Part shown: positions 1 to 7,600 of the stretch, piece after piece
Position numbering within the stretch: the first letter of the stretch is position 1
Layout: each line of letters opens with the position of its first letter
Assembly (NCBI GenBank): GCA_905178155.1
Contig: CAJINV010000027.1
Coordinates: forward strand, 339,125-347,832
Direction of reading: 5' to 3'
Origin: Amoebophrya sp. A120
Lineage: Eukaryota > Protista > Dinoflagellata
DNA: 8,708 bases
Notes under the pieces: model-generated
The model's database searches: none
Told to the model about the DNA's origin: nothing
Seen by the model: the letters and a program-made list of their open reading frames with translations, nothing else
Made by a program: the position numbers and the translations under genes

Positions 1-646
1 AACTCTTCGTCTTCGAACAAGTTTCAACTTCTACCTTCTTGGGTTAGCTCCGAAACACGTGGTCTGCGAGTAATGCAGCTTACAAGTAAGCGCAGCGGAG
101 GAGGTTCACGGGTTTGCGAGTATATCTTTGTTTGTCAGCAGCTACTGAATCTAAATGGCCCAAGATTATGCCAAAATCCTGTGAGGGTGAAATCAAGATA
201 GTAGACAACACATGGAAAGCCGTTTGATTCATGCATTTTTAGAGGTTTTCGCTTTCGGTATTGCACTCGCGACATCTCAATCGTAGACCTTTGCATTTAG
301 ATCTGTAGTAGCTTACTCGAGCGAAAGAAGTGATGAAATTCGTCAACGTATTGGTTTGCATTAACTCAATAGGTCAGGAAATTGATCAAATAGCACAGAC
401 CATTTCAAAGAAAGTTGAGCGAAAGCATTGAAATCGAACAGCCATTTAGATCAAAAAGGGACACTAAGTATTGAAATGAAGGAGCTCAATACTAAAAGGA
501 ACGCAGAGCCGTGAGAGTCTTAGTTTCCTGGATCAGTCGAGTAGATCAATACAATTCACGGAATTCGTGCCGACGTATTGGCTTAACGTAAATCAATACG
601 TCGCTGATCTGCATCATTTCTACGCTTAAGCGAACAAATTTACTCA
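1..646 (-). repeat. Candidate 3' LTR (distal end undefined)
   Basis: Non-coding and AT-richer than the ORFs, beginning with TG two bases after the putative PPT. There is no second copy in the window to confirm it. Confidence 0.4.
258..603. repeat. Four dispersed copies of the inverted motif GTATTG-N12/13-TCAAT(A)
   Basis: GTATTG starts at 258 (N13, TCAATC), 348 (N12, TCAATAG), 468 (N12, TCAATAC) and 575 (N12, TCAATAC). Confidence 0.75.
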
Positions 647-683
647 AATTCCCCCCAGCGTAGATGCATGCAGATCAAGCGAC
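600..683. other. Long imperfect hairpin
   Basis: gtcgc/gcgac (600-604/679-683), tgatctgcat/atgcagatca (605-614/668-677) and ctacgct/agcgtag (620-626/657-663). Confidence 0.75.
649..656 (-). promoter_or_regulatory. Putative polypurine tract (GGGGGGAA), followed by TT and a candidate LTR start TG at 646-645
   Basis: The minus strand reads CTGGGGGGAATTTGAGTAA about 90 nt after the pol stop. A G-run PPT, a 2-nt spacer and TG is the usual PPT/U3 layout, but the tract is short. Confidence 0.5.
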
Positions 684-736
684 TTCGTAAATAGAGTGGT
701 AGAAGAAAGGAAGAGAAGGCAGACAGTAGTAAACTC
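684..736 (-). repeat. Distal arm of the long-range inverted repeat, starting 12 nt after the pol stop
   Basis: Complementary in the mRNA to 4532-4580, about 41 bp in short helices including two G-U pairs. Confidence 0.8.
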
Positions 737-748
737 ATAATAGTAGCG

Positions 749-3700
749 CTAACCTTTTACATAGGTCATCTTTTTCATAAAATCGAGATAGTCATTTACT
801 GTCCCAGGACGACCATCATCATCGTACGCAGCGATCGCCTGCTTCGAACTAAACCAAGTGTTAATATCCCAAATCTTCCCGCTTCGCTTGCCATTCGTAA
901 ACATGTGGCCGGGATTACTGAAATCGTATAAGTGGACCTTCGTGTCCACTATTCGTTCCATCGAATCGGGATTCTTGATGGCCAGCTTCGTCGACCGTTC
1001 GCGATCCATCAGCAAATAACTACGCTGGTACACCTTGTGGATGTCGAACAGCTCACTTCGACAGTTCCCAGCCAGCGAGACCTTCGCCTTTCGATCCGTA
1101 TGTGGGAGCTGCACCATCACAATCTGCCCACGAGGTAGCGACTCCAAATTGCAGCCATGTGCTTGCGCGTTGAGTCGACTCCGGTAATCTGTCGTCGCTT
1201 TGCGCTGCTCCTGAACAATCAGCTGCCGCTCTTTCCTTCGACGAACAGCCTGATCAAATTGATCCAAAAGATCGTCGCCACCAATGCGCAGGGGCTCCTG
1301 CAGCAGCAACTCCGTCGGTGTGAGGTTATCCCGCGCGCCACAGGGCATGTTCCTGAGGTAGTACTGAAACCGTTGGACCTGCTTGTCCCATTCGATCGCT
1401 TTCCGAAACGTAAAGAACTTCCGCGAAAACGGATGGACCCTCTCTACCGCCTGCTGCGACTTAGGGTTATACGCTGTTCCCGGTGCGTACTTGGTGTTCG
1501 GGAACTCTTTAGCCAGCCAGACGCGGATCTTAGCATTTTCAGCAAAACCGAAACCGTTGTCAGCCCTCAGCACCTTCGGAGGACCAAACTCAAGGAAAAT
1601 ACGCCGACAGATTTTGATCACGGTATCGGTGTCCTTCATCTTCGTCGCTTCGCCCCAGATCCACATGGTCGCACTATCGACACAGGTGAACAGGTGCAAA
1701 TTGCCGGCGCGTGTAAGTTTGAACGGACCCTGGAAGTCGATGTCATAGATGTCTTTAAACTCGAGACCCGATTCGTTGACCCGCAACGCCGTTCGCTCCG
1801 GGGTCCCGTGGTACTCGGTACACTGGAAGCATTTTGCACAGTGCTGCGCGCAATCGTTCCAAATGGTTGGCCACCATACTCCCAAGCGGGTGAGGTGCGC
1901 CATCGTTCCAGCAGCCCGAGCATGCTCCGAGTCGTTGTGTGCGTGATCTAGAAAAAACCTTCTTGCAGTCACGCCAGCCGGGTGCTCGTCATTGATTTCC
2001 CAAATGCCCTTCGGGATGTACAAACTCCAAACCCCACCACTAAAGACCACGAGCGCGCCTTCGTCGTCGATGCAGTGCGGTCGTAGTAAGCATTCGAGGA
2101 CGATAGCTCTACGCTCAGCGGTCGGAATTTTGTTGCCCAGCTTCAAGATGATGTCAGCAGTTGCAAAGCCTTGCTTCAGCAGTTCTGCGGCACGCCGTAA
2201 CAGTGCACACTTTGGATCTCGCTCCTGTAGGCGAATAATCCGTAGGGACCAATCTTGACGCAGCTTCTCGTAAGCATTGACGGACCTCCGCTCGCTACGC
2301 GGAACCTTCGGATCGCCAAAAAACGCGAAGAAGTCTGCTCCTGCTACTGGCATAACGTCGCCAACTGCTCCAAACTCCCACGCCTGTCCAGCTACAAACT
2401 TATCCGAATAGCGAGCAACGTAGATATTCCGCCAGTCCGGGACGCGAACCCAGTCCGTACCTTCTTCAGGTTCTACTATTTGCGACTGCGAAGGCATTGC
2501 CCTATTCGCAAAAAATTTCTTGAAAATTGTAGCGGGGTCGCGGTTCAACTGGTCCGGAGTCAGTTCTTCAGCTAGTTCTTCGATAGCTACAGGCTGCTGC
2601 TCGTCTGCAGCCTCTTCTTCGCTCTCTTCCGCGCCTTCCTGCTGCTCTTCCGGATCCTCTTCTTCGTCGCTTGGCACGTACAGACTATCGTCGTCGTCGT
2701 CTGTGCTCGCATCTGCAAACTCGTCCGGAACAGAATCATCACCAGCCTCCAAACGAGCTTCTTCAACATTCCCCCCAGGCTGGTGTGATTCAGCTTCAAT
2801 ATTTCCGAAGCGAAAAGAGGAGTAGGTGGCAGGTGGTGAAAAGTCCGGCGCTTTTGGGTCAAACAGCCACGCCAGGATCTGACGAGCTGAAAATGGAAAC
2901 GGAAGCTCTTCTTTTGTAACTGTCGACGTCTTCACGGAAGGGTGCCGGGAGGCTGCGTCAGCTATGACGTTGATGATGCCACTGATGTACACCCGGTGGA
3001 TCGCACTACTGTCCAGCTTGTACTTGACTGCCTCGAGCCATCGCAGCACCTTGTCCTGCACGCGCTGATTGCCCACCAGGTCATCAAGTCGGCCAAGGTT
3101 TTCGTGGTCAAACATGAGGAAGCTCTCGAGGCCTTCAACATACCGGAAGCCGTCCTCCACGAAGAGTTTCACGGCGGAAAGTTCCTGTTCCAACACTGAC
3201 CAAGCCTGCTCCGTCTCATTGAAGGAGACACCTTTTACGACGCAGGGGCGTAATGGGCCGCCGGACCGCTCTGCTTGGGCGATCGTGTAGCTCCTACCAA
3301 ATCGGCTTGCATCGCAGAGGATAACGACTGGCCGGCCGGTATTGCGCCAGTCTCGAGCAGCTTTAAAATCAATCGAGCGAAGCGGGACGTCTACAGCAAT
3401 ACTGTTCTTCAAAGCTTTGACTGCGTGCTGCGCCTCGTTGTCGTGCTGGTACTGGGTGAAGCTCTTCCCATGTTTCTTGGTGTAGGGCGCAAGGGGTCCT
3501 CGGTGCCGCTGGTAGTCTGGTATAAACTCACGGAGATAGTTCACAAACGCCAAAAAACTAACCAGGTCGTCCTTACTCTCCAGCTCGGGCCATTGCTTCA
3601 ACTGTTCAACTTTCCGCGGAGTAGGTTTTCTTCCTTGCTTACTAACTTGAAACCCAAGCACTTCGACCTCCCGTTTGCCGAATACTGACTTCTTCAGCGA

Positions 3701-4609
3701 GAGCGCAAAGCCTGTCGCGCGGCAGCGTTCGAAGAGTTTACGGGTTCGGACGAGGAAGTCGTCGAAGCTGGAGCCTTTGTACACCAGGTCGTCAATGAAG
3801 ACGCCGTCGCAAACGTCCTCAAAGACCGACGCTGTCTGTTTCTGAAAAAATGCAGGCGCAGGGGATGGCCCCAAGGGTAGCCGCGTAGGGTAGTAACACC
3901 CGTCGGGTCCGACAACGGCCAAAATCTGCTGCATCCGTGTACTCAGCTTCACCTGGTTGTAGCCCATTGCAAGATCACAGCACCCGAAAAACTCGCCCCC
4001 CTCCAGGTTGTTGAAGATCTGCAAGGCGTCCGGCATGCGGAAAGCGACGGGCTGCATGTTCTTGTTGTCCGCCCGATAATCCACGACGATCCGTTTCGTC
4101 AAGTGGCCACGGCGATCCGCCAAAAACATAGGCGAAACGTGCAACGGGGTCGGCATGGTGTTGTCCACCTTCACCAGCTTGCCCTCGCGAATCTGTTCCC
4201 GGACCAAAAAGTCCATCCGAATGCGATCCATAAACGAGAGCGGGTAGGGCGAGAAACATTTCCACTGCGTCTTCTCCTTCATTTCGAAATCAGCCTCGAT
4301 GGGGTCCCCGGTCTTCGTTTTCAGACGCGGAAATGGGCAGCCGAGGTCGTGTAAGACGTCTGCAAACTCGCCAATCAGCTGCAAGAACTCCTCCCGCTGT
4401 TCGTCTGTATCGAACCCAAGACCGTCTTTCCGATACCTCTCTAGTACGACCTGCTTCCATTCTTCACCAGTCGGGTCGTACTGCTTCACTAACTTCTTTT
4501 CTTTTTCTTCGATTTCTGCAAGCAATTCTTCGAGCTTATTACTACCGTCTTTTTTCTCTTCTTTCTTCTTGTATTTCGAATTTCCATAATAACAGGGTTG
4601 CCGAGCTAG
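749..4609 (-). CDS. pol: Pol (RT-RNase H-integrase), in frame with ORF1 and probably expressed by UGA readthrough; the ORF-track TTG start at 4525 is likely not a real start
   Basis: The frame is open from 4609 (CTA GCT CGG CAA CCC..., 28 codons before 4525) to TAG at 751-749. RT motifs: RIVVDYRADN, DLAMGYNQV, LPLGPSPAPAFFQ, FIDD. RNase H motifs: CDAS, EQELSAV, FDHENL, NVIADAASR. Integrase has HHCC and DDE. Confidence 0.93.
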   Translation of the reverse strand, partial: LARQPCYYGNSKYKKKEEKKDGSNKLEELLAEIEEKEKKLVKQYDPTGEEWKQVVLERYRKDGLGFDTDEQREEFLQLIGEFADVLHDLGCPFPRLKTKTGDPIEADFEMKEKTQWKCFSPYPLSFMDRIRMDFLVREQIREGKLVKVDNTMPTPLHVSPMFLADRRGHLTKRIVVDYRADNKNMQPVAFRMPDALQIFNNLEGGEFFGCCDLAMGYNQVKLSTRMQQILAVVGPDGCYYPTRLPLGPSPAPAFFQKQTASVFEDVCDGVFIDDLVYKGSSFDDFLVRTRKLFERCRATGFALSLKKSVFGKREVEVLGFQVSKQGRKPTPRKVEQLKQWPELESKDDLVSFLAFVNYLREFIPDYQRHRGPLAPYTKKHGKSFTQYQHDNEAQHAVKALKNSIAVDVPLRSIDFKAARDWRNTGRPVVILCDASRFGRSYTIAQAERSGGPLRPCVVKGVSFNETEQAWSVLEQELSAVKLFVEDGFRYVEGLESFLMFDHENLGRLDDLVGNQRVQDKVLRWLEAVKYKLDSSAIHRVYISGIINVIADAASRHPSVKTSTVTKEELPFPFSARQILAWLFDPKAPDFSPPATYSSFRFGNIEAESHQPGGNVEEARLEAGDDSVPDEFADASTDDDDDSLYVPSDEEEDPEEQQEGAEESEEEAADEQQPVAIEELAEELTPDQLNRDPATIFKKFFANRAMPSQSQIVEPEEGTDWVRVPDWRNIYVARYSDKFVAGQAWEFGAVGDVMPVAGADFFAFFGDPKVPRSERRSVNAYEKLRQDWSLRIIRLQERDPKCALLRRAAELLKQGFATADIILKLGNKIPTAERRAIVLECLLRPHCIDDEGALVVFSGGVWSLYIPKGIWEINDEHPAGVTARRFFLDHAHNDSEHARAAGTMAHLTRLGVWWPTIWNDCAQHCAKCFQCTEYHGTPERTALRVNESGLEFKDIYDIDFQGPFKLTRAGNLHLFTCVDSATMWIWGEATKMKDTDTVIKICRRIFLEFGPPKVLRADNGFGFAENAKIRVWLAKEFPNTKYAPGTAYNPKSQQAVERVHPFSRKFFTFRKAIEWDKQVQRFQYYLRNMPCGARDNLTPTELLLQEPLRIGGDDLLDQFDQAVRRRKERQLIVQEQRKATTDYRSRLNAQAHGCNLESLPRGQIVMVQLPHTDRKAKVSLAGNCRSELFDIHKVYQRSYLLMDRERSTKLAIKNPDSMERIVDTKVHLYDFSNPGHMFTNGKRSGKIWDINTWFSSKQAIAAYDDDGRPGTVNDYLDFMKKMTYVKG
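1280..1945 (-). other. Integrase zinc-binding (HHCC) and catalytic core
   Basis: HAHNDSEH...WWPTIWND...CAKCFQC, then DIDFQGPF (D 1738-1736), RADNG (D 1561-1559) and YNPKSQQAVER (E 1444-1442). Confidence 0.92.
2945..3330 (-). other. Ty3/Gypsy-type RNase H domain
   Basis: DAS (D at 3313-3311), WSVLEQELSAV, FDHENL, RW and NVIADAASR supply the four acidic catalytic positions. Confidence 0.9.
3600..4270 (-). other. Reverse transcriptase domain
   Basis: SPMFL, DYR, DL..GYNQ and P.G...APA.FQ motifs, with catalytic FIDD at 3799-3788. Boundaries are approximate. Confidence 0.95.
4532..4580 (-). repeat. Proximal arm of a long-range imperfect inverted repeat (partner 684-736)
   Basis: Minus strand TTCG-AAATA ca AGAAGAAAG-AAGAGAA aaa AGACGGTAGTAA taa GCTC aligns with plus strand 684-736 TTCGtAAATA gagtggt AGAAGAAAGgAAGAGAA ggc AGACAGTAGTAA ACTC. 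Confidence 0.8.
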
Positions 4610-4612
4610 TCA
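4606..4612 (-). promoter_or_regulatory. UGA-CUAG stop-codon readthrough signal
   Basis: The minus strand reads GCC TGA CTA GCT. It is the only stop in 2630 in-frame codons before the terminal TAG. UGA-CUA(G) is the known leaky context in Sindbis virus nsP3/nsP4 and in mammalian readthrough genes such as AQP4, MDH1 and LDHB. Confidence 0.8.
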
Positions 4613-7600
4613 GGCGACTGACTGCAGCAGGGACGCGTCGTTCGAGTCCTTGACCTCCTTCAGGAATGCCTCTGCATCCTGCTCATGCGGGATCGCTTTC
4701 AGAGCCTGTCTCATGTCGCGGTCACCTACCGACCCGACCCCGCCGTAAGAGCGAGCCAACGCCTCGCGATCGTCTTGCAAAACGACGCCCGCCTTCTTTG
4801 CTTTCTTCTTGATTAGCTCGGCCTCGCGTCGCTGCTTCCGGGGAACGAAGGCCAGGTCTGGAATCATATGCGCGAAGCTCCCAGACTCGGGCAGGAGCGA
4901 CTGCTTCGGTTCCAAGAAATCCAAATCAAAGGTCACCTGTTTGGGCTTCTTCTTCTGTGCGACGGGAGGGCTCGCAGGAGTATTGGTATAGCTTAAGTCA
5001 GTACTTTTGTCATTGGTTTCGCTAGCTGCTGCCTTCAGCGCGTTGTCCTCGTCTGCATGTAGCAGCTTCTCCTCCTTGTCAGGTTTGGGCTTGCCTGACG
5101 TATTGGGTTTAGGTAACTCAATACGTCCAGCCGCTTCGTTCTGGTCCGTTTCCAAGGCCTCCACTTGCAATGGCGGGAGCTTGGTCGTTTTCAGCTCGAT
5201 TACGTCCTCTAGCGCAATCGTACGCACGCGTTGATTCGGGTTGTAGAGGGAAATCGGCATGGTTTCCGGAAAGGAGTTGACGTGCAAAACTGCCGGGCCA
5301 GGGTAGAAGGTCAGCCCCTTAGTTTTCACCTGCTCAGAAACGTCAAGGACGTACGCACACTGTGGGTCGGTGACGAGCGGACGGACCACCTCCGCAACAT
5401 CCACTTCGATCTCCTCCCCCGACGGCACCACCAGCATAGTGCCCATCTTGACGTCTTCGCCCATCTTGATCAGCATCCCGTCAACTCCAAAGCTGTGCAG
5501 GTCCTTGGGCACGTTCCGGGCGACCAAATAGGTCGGGGCGCGTTCGAACCCCAGACCAAGCTGCATATACATGGCGTAGCCGCAGGCCATATCTTCGGAC
5601 AAGTCGGGAACCACCAGAAACTTCACGGCCTGGGACCACGACTTTCCGCCGTTGTTGACCCCCTCGATGGCAATCTGTAGCGTCAGGTACTTGGACTGGA
5701 TCCGGCGGGTGTGCTGCTTGCGGCCAAACGTGATAACGACGTCGGCAGTCTCCTCGTGCAGAGCTTTATCGCGATGGCGCTCATACATCTCTTGCGAGAT
5801 GACACTTTGCTGCTGTCGATTCACCAAGCAGCCCGAGTCCTTCTGGCAGCAGACACGGGCGAAGGCCTGACCGTCATGCATCAGGTTGACCATCACATAC
5901 GGACCATCCTCTCCGGTCTTCATTAAATTCATTTCCGCGCCCTGCTCTCCCTTCAGCTCATCAGCTGGGGCGTTGTTGGGTGATTTCGGCGCCTCGACGT
6001 CATTCCCAACACTGGCGACACTAAACTGATTGCATTCGGCGAAGAGCTGACCACTTTCGGTAACCCAGTAGCGGGCAATCATCGACTGCAAATCCTCCTG
6101 CAAATTGACACGCACAGCCGTCAAGCCCTCCGGCAGCTTGTACGTAAACCTTTCGGCAGCGATAATCTGGGTGAAGAACTCGTAGTCGTGCAGCCGCAAA
6201 TTAGAAGCTTTGGCCGAAACAAGCCTGCCTTTTCTCGGGGCATCACGTCCAGTGACATTCAAGACCTCCTTCTGGCACGGGGCGCTCACCTGCGTGAGAC
6301 GGCCACAAGCCTTTCCGTCTTCGCGAATCGCCCACGATGTCGGTGCACCTTTGCCGGCAGTGATCGTGATCCGCGGGAGATGGGCGTCGTCTTGTCCATC
6401 GCCTTCGACGGCTCCGCCCGGTGCTGCCACAGGTTTGACGTCTTCGCCGTTGTCTTCTGTCTCGTTGTCCATATTGCCGAGGGCACCGGCATCGAAGCCA
6501 CGAAGACCGCCAAACGTCGCCGGTAGCTTGACAAAGGGCACACGGGAGCACCGATCTAACGCATCCGCAAGCGGAATGTGCTCGCCGCGGGTCTTCAGTT
6601 GCGCCACCTCCTCGGTGTGCTTCCCGAATTCGGCGGAATTTATGAAGCGAGTCATCTTGGTGCTGCAGCCGCACACGCCCTTCTTGGTCCACACGCTGCA
6701 CTTACCAGCGTCCCGGCGTCGCCGGAATGCGCTGTTCGGTGCACTCGCCCAAAAGGTCGGACAGCATTCGGCGGCGTCGGGGATGCCAGGGCGTGGCGAC
6801 TCAGGGACTAAGTGAAACACGTCCTTCTTCTCGGCGTCGCTGCAAGTCGGGCACCGTTTGCTGACGAGCTTTTCGCCGTGGAGCAGCACTTGCGTCTGTT
6901 TCTGTTCGGCCATATAGTGCTCCTGTGCCCCATGAGCAACCGCTTCACATTCGTCCTGGTTACTCCCGAAGACCTGGCGGCGACCACCATCCGGGCGGAT
7001 GGGGTACGGCTGCCCCGCATTTCCGTAGGAGTTCTGCTGGTGGTTTGCCTCTAAATCTGGGTCGATTTCTTCCTCTCGTTGTCCGCCATAGCGGCCAGTC
7101 TTCTCAATTTTCGACATGAAGATCTCCTTCCCCTGCTTCTTGTTCGCTGCCGACCGAATCGGCTCGAGTACTTTCTGCAGGCTCAGATGGGCTTCGGGGA
7201 TGTCGTCGATCTTCGTCTCGACACGGCTGACGACCCACGGCGGCAGCCCGGAGTTGTATAGGACGTGGTTGTTCAGGTCAGACATTTCCTGATTGGTGTC
7301 GGCCTGTGTACCGAGCGACCAGTAAAAGTTCTTGAACTTCTTGCGCGCGCGCATCAATTCTTCGAATTCAGCCGTAAAGTTGGAAACGAAGGCAGCAAGC
7401 TGGGACGGCTGTCCTCCCTCGCATCTGACCGCTTCCAGGGACTTGCGCTGGAGGTCCAGTTCCTTCAGTGGTTCTAGGCCCACGACCGCCTTCATATCGT
7501 CGACCCAATCGCGAGCCGCCGCAGCATGCAGGTCGTCTGTGACAGTCGCTTTGTGGTCACCGATCATGCCGTTGAGGGAATCGCGGACACGTTTCCATGC

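Noticed and set aside
45-56. Extra pairing of 45-56 with the UAGCUCGGCAAC directly after the UGA
   Set aside because: A 10/12 match with two internal mismatches is within chance expectation for the search space.
65-73. Candidate LTR 3' end (minus strand TTACTCGCA, imperfect inverse of TGAGTAA at 646)
   Set aside because: The inverted match is imperfect and cannot be verified without a second LTR or a target-site duplication.
258-603. CRISPR-like or attC-like interpretation of the repeated dyad motif
   Set aside because: The conserved part is only two 5-6 nt arms, the spacing is irregular, and no cas or integron integrase gene is present.
749-1150. Chromodomain or env gene at the 3' end
   Set aside because: No recognisable chromodomain pattern in the integrase C-terminus and no ORF downstream of pol.
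4523-4525. TTG start for a separate Pol protein
   Set aside because: It is an artefact of ORF calling. The frame is open back to the UGA and TTG initiation is unlikely for a eukaryotic retroelement.
4610-4612. UGA as selenocysteine or as a reassigned Trp codon (genetic code 4)
   Set aside because: I found no AUGA-N10-12-AA...GA SECIS core in the 3' hairpins by eye, and the site is an inter-domain linker. It is the only in-frame TGA while the many Trp residues use TGG. A SECISearch run would be the formal test.
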